From the human T2T-CHM13v2.0 reference genome, Homo sapiens: a DNA stretch of 64,000 nucleotides. The stretch lies in NCBI RefSeq assembly GCF_009914755.1, contig NC_060926.1. The stretch is one strand, 5' to 3'. The translations under genes were made by a program, and so were the position numbers. The notes under the pieces were generated by a model. That model saw only the letters and a list, made by a program, of their open reading frames with translations. It did not search any database and had not been told where the DNA came from. This document shows positions 35,571 to 50,377 of this stretch, in pieces. Numbering within the stretch: position 1 is the stretch's first letter; each line of letters begins with the position of its first letter.

Positions 35571-37677
35571 CTGAAGAAGAGGATGAGAGAGAAGAGTGAA
35601 TGGATCAGCTGCTGCACACCCTTCTCCAGACACTGGAGAGCCCCACCCTTTATGATTGGGGTCCCCCGGTCCCCAGGACTCCTCGTGTGGGTGATAAATG
35701 CCAATGAGGCCTCAGAAATCTAAGGACAGCTTTCCTGGGGCTGAGAGTTTTCCAAAGTCAACTCAGAGAGACCACTGAGATACTCAAGGACAGGCCCATC
35801 TGCTCTTCCAGGTGACTTCCATTTTCCCCTCTCTCTCCCAGTGCCCTGAGATCTATTCTGAACCTATTAAAAGCTCCCAAGCATCCCTGGACATGTAGGC
35901 TGAAGGTGAGGCCTGGTCCCCAGCCCTCTCCCAGCCTCCCTGCCTTGCTCAGGACCTTGAGTGACAAAGCATCCTGCCTACCCGCCACAGGGTCCCTCCC
36001 CAAGGTCCAGCTCTGCCTCCAGGGGGGATCCCCAAGGGCAGCTCAAGCCTAAAAGCACTGAGCTCACAATCCTCAGGCCCTCCTTCACCCACAGCCCTGT
36101 AGCTGCTGAAGTGCAGGACAAGGGGCAGCTCCCCCAACCTTGCCCCAGAGCAGGGGCCGTGGAAAAGGAGGGCTTTATGCTAAGCGCAGCCACAGGCATT
36201 GGAGCACAATGAAAGGAAACCAAGCAACCCGGCTGCTGGGCCTTCTGCCCTGGGGACTAAGCCAGCTGGGCAAAGCTGAGCTCAAGGGGAAGACAGAGGG
36301 TGCCAAGCTCGGGGATGAAGGGGAAGCTGCAATCGCTGGGGTTCATGCCTCACTACACTCCGGGCTCTGCCCCAAATTCCTCCCTGGAGCCCCACAACTC
36401 TCCAAGCACCATCCTTTGCACAGTGGAGGAAACAGAAGCCTCCACATTCCCTCCCCTTATTTAGTAGGACACCAGACCCTGCAGCCAATTCCTGTTCCTT
36501 TCCCTTCCCAATAAGGACCCTGCAATAGGCTCCAGGTCACCTCAAAGTCCCCCCACACACCAGTTCTCATCCCACCTCCATTTCTCTCCCACCATGGCAC
36601 CCCTGCATGAAGCAACCTCTAACCCCTAATGCCACCCCTACCCAGGTGCTGTCTCTCACAAACCAGATCAAGCTTTGGTCCATTCCTAACAGAAACAGCT
36701 GCCTCTCTAACCTCTTATAATCCACACAGCCCAGACCATTTTCCCATTAAAGACATACATAAGGGAGGCTCACAATGCTGTCCTGGCAAAATTTCACCTC
36801 TGAGAATGTAGTCTAAGGAAACAATCCAAGATGTTCAAAGATCTGGTCAGGTGTACATACCAAGGATATTCACTGCTGCATTCTTTACAAAGGTGGATGG
36901 TTAAATAAATGATGGTCCATTCATATGACTGAATACTATGCAGCCTTTAAAACTATGTTTTCAAACATTTATGACATGGAATAATGCTTAAAATTTTATG
37001 AAATGCATATAAGCAGTGTGATTCCAACTCAATAAACAAGGGGATAAACAGAGCTAGACAGATACTAAGTGAAAAGCAAAAAGACCAAATGACATCCAGA
37101 TCCTGGTCCACTAACAGAGACCAGGGTTCCTTAGGAAAGGAGCGGATTCAAAGGCTGGGGTAGGGAGGGTACAAGATGAAACTGGTACATTTTGTTGCAC
37201 CAGGAAGTAATGAAGTCTTACCCCCAAAAAATGATGGGGATATGTTAAAAGGATCAACGAAGGGCAGGTGGGACACTGTGTTCTTCCAAATGTGATACCC
37301 CGAGAAGTCCACAGCATCACTCACATAATATTCCAAAGGGACTAAATAAATCTAATCACAAGAAAACAACACAAACCCACACTGACAGACATTCCATAAA
37401 TTAATTGGTTTTGTTCATCAAATATGTCAATGTCATAAAGACAAAGAAAGAGTGGGAATGAGACTGTTCCACATTAAAGAAACTAAAGAGACAACTAGAT
37501 GCACTGTGTAACTCGGGATTGGATCCTGGCGTAGAGGGGGGAATGCTCTCAAGAGCATTACTGAGACAAGTGACAAAAGTGGAATATGGACCATAGGTTA
37601 ATAAAAGTGTTGTATCCATGTTAAGTCTCCTGAATATAATTACTACACTGCGGTTATATAAGAGAATGTCCTTGTTC

Positions 37678-38301
<624 letters not shown>

Positions 38302-38807
38302 TCACATACTCTGATGTATTAGGAGATGAATGAATACAACCTATTTGTAAATAGTTGAAGAAAAATAACATGTGTAAAAATACAGGGCAGCCATAAAACC
38401 TGGAAATGTAGATACTATAATTGAATGCAGATTGAAGATGTCCTAATGATACCATGTATATTTGCTATCTTTTCAGACTTTATGATTACCTGTAGACAAA
38501 GAGAATAATAAAGGAAATGTGATGTTAAAAATTGGTAGATCTAGGCAAATAGCGAAGTTTTCCTTATTCTTGCAACCTTTCTGTAAGACTAAAAGTGTTT
38601 CAAAATAAAAAGGTAAAAATTATATTTTCAAAAAAGCTAGATGAAAATATACTAAAATGCTAATAGAGATTGCCTCTGGGTAATAGGCTTATGTATGATT
38701 TATATTTCCAGATCTTTAAATTGCTTTTGAAATTAAAAAAATCAATATTATACCTAATATACAGAAATGATATTACATTTAAAAATACATATTTAGAGTA
38801 AAATGCA

Positions 38808-39132
<325 letters not shown>

Positions 39133-41769
39133 TTATACTTGATTAAGAGCTCCTGAAGGACATGGGCTATTGAATGTTCCTTCCTTATCCTCCCTGGCTC
39201 GAAGTCTCCTTACATATCTGGAAGGAAGGGTCTTCTGCCACAGGAATCCATGAGTGGGCTGATGAGCAGCCAATGGCCTCAAGGCTTCTGGGTGGGGTAG
39301 AGCTGGGCTGGGCTTTGAAGGGAGGGCAGGATTAGGAAAGGGTAACAGTATGGCAGCTAGTGGTCCAAGGAGGAAAGAGGATGAGCAGGGGAAGAGGAGA
39401 GAACCTGGAAGTAGAATGGCCTGAGTGAAGCAACTTCTTGAAGATGGTCCAGCAGAAACTTCAGCCTTTGACTTGTCCTATGGTCTGGCACGGTCTTCAT
39501 CCTGTCCCAGCCCTGCCAGCCTTCTTGTGTCACTTTCGACCATAGCTACTGGGGGAGACTCCCAGATAAGGCATTTTGCTCCACAGACACCTACAAACTC
39601 CTAATGAGCTAGGCTCAGGGGACAGACACCAAATGAACAAGCCCTCAAAGAGCTCACAGCCCATCAAAACAGACTAATAACTATAAACAAGTAACTACAA
39701 AACACTGATCAGAGTTTAAATGAAGCATCGCGAAGTATACTGGGGACACACAGAGTTCTTCCTATGTCTTCCTAGTTTAAGTCAAGGAGGTGTCCCAGAG
39801 GAGCTGGGACCAAGGGATGGATGAGTTTACCTAGCAGAGGAGGGTATATGCAAGAGGATGAAAGCATAAAGCTTAGGATCAGAAGCTGCACCAGACTCCT
39901 GTGGTCTCTTCATTCATTCATCATTCAACCCACTACCGAGGATCTACTGTGTGCCCAGCACTGTGCTAGGTCCTGGAGGTAGCAAGGCTGACCGACTGTG
40001 GGGAAATGAGGAAGAGCAGCCACAGATGATGCCTCACTTTCTAGTGAGACATGAATGTTTGTTAACCAGAATAGGGACAGGAAGAAGCATACTGATTAAG
40101 TGGAAAGAAGATAAAAACTCTGTATTGGTCATATCAGTCTGAGATATTTAAAGGGACTTCCAGATATAATTTTTCAGCAAACATTTGGACTGAGATTCAA
40201 GAAAGAGACTCTGAATTGGAAATGTCAGGTACAGATTGCCCTAAGACCCCCACCCCACCCACTATAGAGACAAACCTATAGTCTGACCAAGTCAGATTTA
40301 CTGACTCACTCAACAAAGAAAAGCACCACAGCAGAGGAATTATGGGGTGCCTTGCCAAACAAAGAAAAATATTTGGTATATAATTTAAGGAAGATAGAGT
40401 AAAATGTAAATGAAGCAGTGCTTCAATAGGCTCCAAGCAAAGCAAGACTGTGTGAAAAGGAGTCATCATAGGTCTGGACCAACCACTCAGGGTCTTGTTT
40501 CCTTAAAAACTATAAAGTTAAGATTAATGAGAAACGTTGTGACCAGAAACCCCTTATTTGCAGCTATGGGTTGATTCTCCGAGGCAAAGTGACTTAGACC
40601 TGCCAATCAAGAGGTAGATGGTTCATTCCTAATGATATGACTTAAACAGCAAAGTTCCTGGCAGTCTAGGACCTTATAGAGTGAGACATGAGTATGAAAG
40701 AGGTGGTTACTGGAAGAAGGTTGTTCGATACTTTATAGATCCTGTGGGTCCTCGTGAGAAACATTCTTTCTTTGCAGCTGGCTCTGTGTCTGTCCTCCCT
40801 GTCTGATGAATGGCAAGGAAGGTTATACTTTCTCAGTCTCAGTTCATTTTTATTTTCTCAATAGTTCAAAATGTATAGCCTCCCTCCCAAATTCAGCTCC
40901 CATCTTTACCCAATCGCACAATCGGTGGATGTTTTTCCTCCCCTTTTTCTTTACTGGAAGAATGAGTCAGCCAAGTGATTCCTTCTCTTTCCCTTCATAA
41001 GAAAGGTGAGTCAGCTAATTCTCAGCAGGAGCCAGGGCCTACAGCAGCAGCTGCCTTCCCACCTCCACCAGCCAGCTCTCTCCCATCTGCAAGCCCCCCA
41101 GGGAAGAGCAGGCCTTGGGAGCAGCAGCAGAGGGCAAAGATCCCAGAAGAAGCTGACACCGCCCCGCAACTACACACACCAGACCTCCAAATTACTGCTC
41201 TTCGATTAGGAATAATATACTCGCTGAACCTACAGCCCAAAGCAGAAAGGCTGGGCCAGCCCAGTAGTCCTGAATCAGCTGCACCCTGAACCACCTGGGT
41301 ACTTCAAAAACCAGGCCATACACCCAGGGATTCTGATTCTATTGCTCTGGGTGTGGCCTCCAGGCATCAGTGTCTATTTTAAAACCTGCCCAGTGTGACT
41401 CTTGGAAATTATGACCCCTCTCCACTGCACAAACCAGCCCAGGAGCAGCACTAGAAAAAACTCACTGTCTCGCCTATAGGAAGTAAATGATTAAAATATA
41501 TAACCACCTGCAAGGTACTGTGATTTTAGAACTTTATTTCAAGCAAACTATGAGACATATCCCCCCTGCCTCCCAACTCTCAGCCCACACAAATCTCCCA
41601 ACCTTGAAGTGAAGAAAGCATTTGTCTGCCCAGCAAGCTCTCCATACCCCAGAGGGAGCCCTGTGCAACCAGCCTGCTCTGCCCCACTAGGCCTTGGTCC
41701 CCAGCACACTCATACCCCCAGTCATCTCAGCAGATAAGTGAGACTTCCAAAGGAGCAAGGAATTTTTGT

Positions 41770-42829
<1,060 letters not shown>

Positions 42830-43248
42830 TGGACAACAATTTATTTACAGATGGACTGAAACACAAATGGGAGAAAGTATGTGTGTTTGTTTCCTGTCCT
42901 GGGGCCCCAACATGGCAAACATGGTGTCTGGGCCGGAAGGAAAAACAGTGAGTTCAGGAGAGGAAATGACCAGAAAAGGAAGAGGAAAGGAAGCAAAGCA
43001 GGTCTCAGAGGTTCCCTGGGTGCTGTGCTGTCATCTCCTCCCTTTCACTAGGCAGCTGGAGTAGTGGTTAAATGCATAGACTTTAAGTTTACAGGAGAAA
43101 CAAGGGATAAAGGAACATGCTAACCACTACCACAGAGATGCCATCAGCAACATTGAGAAGGTGGGGAATTCTACAGGGACGAACAACTGCTTCTTCAATA
43201 GGAAGGGAAAAAAGGAAGACAGAACTAACAGATTAAAAGATACAAAAG

Positions 43249-43590
<342 letters not shown>

Positions 43591-43691
43591 TTATGGGATC
43601 CTGATTCAAACAAATCAACTACAAATAAATTAAGTGATGGTCAGGGAAATATGAATAGCGACTGGTTACTTGATGATATTAAGAATTAATG

Positions 43692-44040
43692 GGCCAGGCA
43701 TGGTGGCTCATGCCTGTAAATCCCAGCACTTTGGGAGGGCCAGGCAGAACAATCATTAGAGGCCAGGGGTTTGATACCAGCCTCAGCAAAATAGCAAGAC
43801 ACCTGTCTCTACAAAAAAAAAGAAAAGAAAAGAAAAAACAGAAAGAAAACAAACAAACAAAAAATACATATAGCCACGCATGGTGGCACACCCCTGTAGT
43901 TCCAGCTACTCTGGAGGTAGAGGCCAGAGGATTGCTTGAGCCCAGGCGCTCAAGGCTGCAGTGAGCCATTAATTACTGTTCCACTGTACTCTATTGTGGG
44001 TGACAGACAGAAACCCTGTCTCTAAAAAAAAAGAAAAAAC
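43692..44040 (+). mobile_element. Alu (AluJ-like)
   Basis: Diverged Alu with an expanded middle A-linker. Confidence 0.85.
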
Positions 44041-44099
44041 AAATAATGATTTTAGGTGTGTTAAGGACATGGTTATGTTAAACAAATCAAAAAACCCTC

Positions 44100-44550
44100 C
44101 AATATCATGTGATAAAGAGAGCATTTCACCTCTGTGATATTCTTACCTCAAAACCCAAAAGAAAGACATTAGGCAACCCAAGTTGAGGGACACTCTATAA
44201 AATATCTTCCAAAATTGTCAAGGTCATCAAAAACAAGCAAAGTCTGAGAAACTATCCCAGGTACTATGACTGCCGCAGACCAGAGGAGGCTAAAGAGACA
44301 TGATGACTAAATGTAACATGTTCCTGGATGGGATCCTGGGACAGAAAGGAGACATTAGTGTAAAAAAAAGTAGTAAAATTCAATGAAGTCTGGAGTGTAG
44401 TTAACGATAATGTACCAATGTTAGTTTCTTAGTTTTGAAAAATGTACTGTGGCAATGCAAGATGATAACAGAGGACAATGGGTGAGGGCTAGGCAGGAAT
44501 TGTTTGTTGTCTTTTGACTTCTCTAAAATTATTCCAAAATAAAAAAATTT
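44100..44550 (+). mobile_element. L1MC-like 3'UTR fragment
   Basis: aaggtcatcaaaaacaag.aaagtctgagaaact...gacatgatgactaaatgtaa...ggatcctgg. Confidence 0.65.
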
Positions 44551-45589
44551 TTAAAAAGCTAACCAAAGAGTCCTTATTTTTTAGAGATACCTACTAGTGG
44601 GTTCAATGAAATGATGGGATGTTTGGCCTTTGCTTCAGAGTAATTCATTGATTGGGTTGTGGGGGGTGGGTGCATAGATGAAACAAGGCCGGCTTTAAGT
44701 TGGCAACTGTTGAAGCTGGATGATGGGTGCATAGGGGTTTACTGACAACTGTCTCCAGATTAGTATGTTTGTAAACTTCCATAATAAAAAGTTGACAACA
44801 AACCAACAAACAAACATGAACTCTGGAGACAGACTGCCTGGGAATTTACTTAATCTGTTTGTGTGCTGTAGTTTTCTTACCCATAAATTGGAGATCATTG
44901 CACCTGCTTCACAGGGTTGTTGTGAAAATTCAGTAAGTCAATACACAAAAAGGCTGGAATGATGCTTGGCTATCGTCACCATCTTATGGGGAGAAAGATG
45001 GTCACAGACCACCAACACTCATCACCCTTTCTTCACACTCTGACCCTCCACACCCTCCACCCTCTTTCTGCCCGTCCTCTTGCACAGGGAGACACTTGAG
45101 GGAATAAAGAGGAGTTCTAGAGCGACTCCAGGGAATAAGGAAAGACCTTGGTAACAAATCCTGCAGAAAGCGGTGAGATTAATTGGGGAATAAGGGTCAT
45201 GTCCCTGGCATGGGTGCTGGGAATGAACCCTGGATTATCAACCACCTTGAAGCAGGCTTCTGTCAGGCCAGCACAAGGTACTATGAGCATATATATTACA
45301 CAACTATTACATGCCAGGGCAGGACACAGAGATGTGGGCTGGGCCCTAAAGGAGCTCATCAACCCAGTACATATGTAGCCAACCTTTGTGTCTTTAGACT
45401 CACCTCCTTAGAGACACCCCAACTCTGGGATGTCTCAGCACTGATGAACCTTACACTGTCAAACATGACACCACTTGCAATTTTGTAAGATCCCTAAGGG
45501 ACAATTTGGAGAAAAGTTGGTCCACCTCCCCAGTCACAACCTTACAAGTCAATTTAATTCAAGTCCGCAAAGCCCTACTGAATTGTCTC

Positions 45590-46340
45590 CAGGATATTCA
45601 TGTATATAACAAATCTTCATTAAGCACCTCTTAACTGCCAGGCACTGTGCTGAGCCTTGGAGAGTCAACAGGGAGTAAAGACAGGCACAGCCCCCACTTC
45701 TGCAAAGTCCATAGTCAACAGAGAGACACAGATGGCAAAGAAATACTCATCACAAATCAATGTATACACCGAGAAAGGTACTTTGCAGTAAGCGAACACT
45801 CAAAAATCCAACCTGGGAGTGCAGGAGGCTTCTCCAAGAAAGTGATGCTTCATGGATACACCAGGGATGAGGAAGAATGGGAACAAGAGTTGGGGGTAGA
45901 GGAAGAGGTGATGTTCCAAGCAGATGGCCCAGTGGTGGGAGGGAACGTGGTGGGTTCAGAGGCTGAAAAGCAGCCAGTGTGATGTGAAGGAGGGTGCGAA
46001 GTGTGGGTGGGTGGGTGGTGGGATTCAAGGAAGAAGTAGTCAGTGGGGTGGGCCATGCATACTTTGGGGGCCCCTTCAGAAGTGAGGTCTTTATCTCAGA
46101 AGCAGGGGAAGCCATTGGAGGGTATTTAAATCTACAAGGGCGTAGGGAGTCCCTTGATCAGATCTGCACTGTTGGGACTCTGACTTGCAGAAAGAGGAAG
46201 GACTGGAAGAGGGCCAGAGTGGAAGCAGGGAGACCTGTTGTGAGGCTACTGCAGTGACCCAGGAAATAGACGATGGGGGCTTGGTCTAGGATTCTGGCAG
46301 TAGAGATGGGTGGACTTGAGAGCTGTGTAAGAGGTAAGAT
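45590..46340 (-). mobile_element. L2 fragment
   Basis: attaagcacc...tgccaggcactgtgctgag...gtgaggctactgcagtgacccagg. Confidence 0.6.
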
Positions 46341-48577
46341 CACTGGGCCTCTGGTTGCATTTAAAGGGTGAGGGAGAAGAAGGAAAGAACACAGGCGGCT
46401 CCCAGGTTTCTGGCTGCATTGATTGGGTGGCAAGTTGGGCTGTTTGCAGAGCCAGGGAGCCATGCGGGAGGAGCAGATATGGAGGAAAGAGAAGATCCTT
46501 AACATGGATGAATCACATGCAACGTGCTTTATGCAGGCCACTATGCTGGAGGAGGGGAGCTTCAAAAGTGCATACAACAAACACTTTTACTGCCTTCAAG
46601 AGCAGTGCCAAAAAGAAGTACCGCTATGGCTGCAGGAACAGGGTAGCCTAAAATGTTTATCTATGGCTCTAGAGCAGTGCTCACAGCACAGGGCTCAGTC
46701 ATATAAGCCACTAAGACGTATTTGATAAATGTCTGTTAGGTCACTGAATGTCCCTAGTGCCACATACAGATAACAGACACCAGGACAAAAAGAAAAAGAA
46801 AAAAAAAAAGGAAACACAAATCTTTTACTCGGCACATTACTATATGCCTAACCTGTCTCCATCAGGGTAAGACAGAGGCAGAGAAGGGCAAGATCAGCCC
46901 CTTCTTGCAAAAGGCCTACAGGGGGTTTGAGGAAACCAAGTCGTCACACAGCAAACATTTAGAAGACCACAGGGCAGACTGTATGGAGAGCTATGAGGAT
47001 CTGACTCAGGTGGCCAAAGAGATGTGCAGGAGGAAGCCTGCGATCTGATGGGACCAGAGAAGAAGGGAGCAAGTGTTTGCCAGAGAGGCAGGCCCGACTG
47101 AGCCTTTAAGAACGAGCAGAATGGGGGTGGGAGCGGGGACAGGCAATGTAATAAGGTCACTCAAGTCCAGGCAGGGACACCCCGACACTCTCGCCCTAGA
47201 TGGCCTCCTACACTGGAAGGAAGATGCCAGTCTCGCCTCGGATACCTACATGCTGAGATGGCCTACTTTTAAAAGGAATTAAAGTCCTGTTAAGAAACAC
47301 TGGGGACATTTTTTTCAGACGGCTCAGGAGCCAAGTTCCCTAATTATCAGCAAAGCTCGGGGCACCCCCTTGCTGGAACCAGTCCCCTTCCACCACAACA
47401 ACAAAAAAAGAAAAAAAAAGCCACCGCACCGACCTTAGCACAATTTCCTTTCTTCCTTCAAAGTTCTTTTCTGGCCGCCTCGGCTGCCGCCCACCCCTGG
47501 CAAGCCCCGGTTCACTTCAGCGGTCTCTCTGCCTGTTTCCTAATAAATTCCGTCTCATTGGTGCGGGAGGCGCGGGAGCCCGAGGGTCTGCGGCGCGGGA
47601 GCGGCCCCTCCCCGGCTCCGCTCTCCGGGCCCAACCAGGCGCCCGGGCTCCGCGTTCCACCCCCGCCTCCGCAGTCTAGGGCCGAGTCGGCGACGCCCCA
47701 GAGGAGGTCCCGGAGGGAAAGGACCCCTGTCGCCGTGCCCCGAAGAGCCTGAGCGGGTGTGCCCAGAGCCAGTCCCCGGCGGCGCGGGGGCCCGGGCGCG
47801 GGAGACCCTCCGCGGAGAACACAGCGAGGAAGAGGCTGGGGGGGGGTTCCCAGGCGGCAGCCCCTCGGAGGGACGACGGCCCCAGGGGATGACACAGCGT
47901 TTCCCCCGCACGCCCTGGCTGCGTCCCCTCAGGGCATCGGCCGGCTTGCTGCGTCAGCGAATCCTCAGCCCGAGATGGAGAGCAGGGACGGGGGACGCCG
48001 GACCGCCGCTCGCCTCGGCACTCGCCCCCTCAACCTGCTGCGCGCGCCGAGCCCGGCTTGGGGGCCAGGGCTGGGGAGTGACCGCGGGGCGCGACGCTGC
48101 CCGGCGGCACCGCCAGCAGCTCGAAAGGAACGTCAGTCCCCACCGGGGGAAAAAGTTAGAAGGCATCCCGGCCACGCCAACTTCCCATCCAGGGCCAGAC
48201 TAGAACTTTGCGTCCCGGGCGGGCAGCTGCACAACCCGGAGCGACCCTGAGCAGCCGCTCGAAGCCGGGCGCTCGGGACCTTGACCGCAGCCGCCGGTGG
48301 CCAATCACAGGGCGCCGCGGGCGGGAAAGGCTAGAGGGCGCGGGCAGTCGGGGAGTGACGGCGCCAAGGGCCAATAGGAAGCCAAGATGGGAGTCCGCGC
48401 CCGCCCCGTTGACCAATGGGAAAAGGGTGACTGTGACCGAGGTTCCCCCCCTGGCGCTAGCTGCAGGCTCCGCTGGCCGCGGGTGGGAGACCCTTGGGCG
48501 GAAGGGGACTTTGGAGGGGAGTTTGCTCGTCCTCTCTTTGCCACCCGCCGGCCCGCAGACCACAGCCCGGTCCTCAC

Positions 48578-48679
48578 CTGCTGGAAGCGGGGTTTGCCCA
48601 GTTGGAAAGGAGGTGCATCGCTCGAGGCGCTAGCGGCACTAGCCGCCGCCGCCGATGCTGTAGTCGCTGTATCCGCCAT
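48578..48679 (-). CDS. SFXN5: Sideroflexin-5 coding exon 1 ([34 protein letters not shown])
   Basis: ATG at 48679 in a strong Kozak context (GCCATGG) inside the CpG island; 102 nt ending at donor CAG|GTGAGG; 'GKPRFQQ' matches the sideroflexin N-terminal motif and joins exon 2 in phase 0. Confidence 0.96.
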
Positions 48680-48790
48680 GGCCACTGACGCCCGCAATCT
48701 CCGGCCCTTTTAAAATGTCCCTCCTCGGCCCCCGCCACAGCTGCCTCTCCCGATTGGCCCTAATCAACCGCAGCGAGCGGGAGGCGCAAG

Positions 48791-48810
48791 GCGTTGTGGG
48801 GAGTGTAGTT
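48791..48810 (-). promoter_or_regulatory. ZNF143/THAP11-like ACTACA..CCCA promoter motif
   Basis: Minus strand reads AACTACACTCCCCACAACGC, similar to the ACTACAnnTCCCAnnATGC SBS motif, ~120 nt upstream of the SFXN5 ATG. Confidence 0.55.
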
Positions 48811-49970
48811 TTTCGCGTCGCGGCGCTTACAACCGTAGACTGCGGAGAGTTGCGGCCGTCCGGAGAGGTCTCGGTGCCCGCTGTCCGCGTTGCAAGGTGC
48901 AAGGTCGGCAGTCCAGGAAAGGTGTTCCTGTACGACGACCACGGGCCACCCCTCGCTGCTTAGTTGCCCCCAGAAGTTAGAGTTGCTGCCGTGGGCGTCG
49001 CTCCTGGGGCCAGGCAGCGCAGAAGGGTCCCATTCAAGGGGGAACCTGGGACCAGATGGGCAAAGACTCCAGGCGGAGTAGGGTTAACCTCGGAAGGCTT
49101 TCTCCAAGGAGTTGCACTGCGGACCTTCTCGTACTTTCCTCCGTCGCCACCCTGCCCACTCGTCCTGTGCTCTCCGGCTGCCCTGACACTCAGTTCCTGG
49201 AGCATGCTGGGGCCTGCCCGCCTCCCGACCCCTGAACATTCTGTACCCGGAAGACTAAATCTTCGCCTGATGCTGGCTTTCTGGCTTTAGCCTAAACATT
49301 GCATTTCCCAGTCCATCACTCTGCTTGCACAAAATCCCACAGAGGCTCCGTGGCACCCAGCACTTCTCTTTTGCACTCACAACTACTTACTGTTCTGGAC
49401 AGTCTTTCTTACTGTAAAGTTCACAGGGCAGGGGCTATGACTTTTTGATTCACTTCAGTTTTCAGAGCCAGACATAAAAGGGCTCACAGTAGAGACTCAA
49501 ATAAGTGTTGGCTGTGAGTTCATCAGTGGGGGATTAAGAGCCCTGGCAGCTTTCACCTTGTCTGGCCAACCAAGGAAGATCCCTCCTGGGCCTAATTCCT
49601 GGGCAGGAGGAGAACTTGGGACTAGGGTGGGTGGGGAGGGTGTTAGGTAAGGGGGAGTATTACAGATTGTGGAGTAAGGATCAGTATGGATAATAAACAC
49701 ATACAGTTGTAGAATGGATTAGCTGAAGATTCCCAGCTGAATTACCTGGTCAGTGAGCCAGACTTCGGGAGCTGCCTGTTTTGCCCAAGATGACAGTAGA
49801 AATATTTGGTCTTCTAGGGAACTCCACTTTGGGTCTCATTAGTCTCGTGGTGGAGTGCAGGGTTGGCTCATGTCTGCCAGTGTTTCTGGACACTACATGA
49901 GCTGTAGCAGTCAAAGTTTTTCATCCTCTAGTAGTTGAACCACAAGAAACACTTTTCATAAAGCTAGGGG

Positions 49971-50081
49971 GAGATTCTAGCTAGCCACGAAGAACAATTT
50001 GTATCTTGGATTTGTATCTTATCTTAGAGATTCTATCTAGCCATGAAGAACTATTTGTATCTTGGATTTGTATCTTATCTT
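49971..50081. repeat. Two-copy tandem duplication, 56-bp period
   Basis: gagattctagctagccacgaagaacaatttgtatcttggatttgtatcttatctt occurs twice with 3 mismatches. Confidence 0.85.
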
Positions 50082-50329
50082 CCCCTGCTAGACCATGCAA
50101 CTTGAGAATAGGAATCCATTTCTTACCCTCTGTATTACCAATAAATGGGCCCATCTTAGGTGCGCAATAAATGTGGGTACCCTGGGAGTCAGAAAAGACT
50201 AAGTTCAGGCTGCTGGGCAACACTGTGCTGCTGCCCCCTTATAAGGGGCAGGGACAGTGTCATCCAAGAATCCCATCACCTTGATTTAAGGTGCTTTCTC
50301 CCACAGCAGCCTCCTGTAACTGTTCATTC

Positions 50330-50377
50330 CAAAACAGGAACACAACAGAGCCACCTGCAGTACATGAATGTTTTATT
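50330..50377 (-). terminator. RAB11FIP5: RAB11FIP5 polyadenylation signal
   Basis: AATAAA on the minus strand at 50372-50377, followed ~20 nt later by the GU-rich element CTCTGTTGTGTTCCTGTTTT. Confidence 0.82.

Larger units (their letters stand above)
47450..49250. promoter_or_regulatory. SFXN5: CpG island / SFXN5 promoter
   Basis: Very high GC and CpG density against CpG-depleted flanks; spans exon 1; contains CCAAT boxes (48301, 48371, 48413; ATTGG 48753), a GC box (48401) and E2F-like sites GCGGGAAA (48321) and TTTTCGCG (~48810). Confidence 0.9.

Noticed and set aside
47512-48633. Multiple 118-163 aa ORFs on both strands in the CpG island
   Set aside because: Stop-poor GC-rich sequence giving Arg/Pro/Gly-rich shadow ORFs with no recognisable domain.
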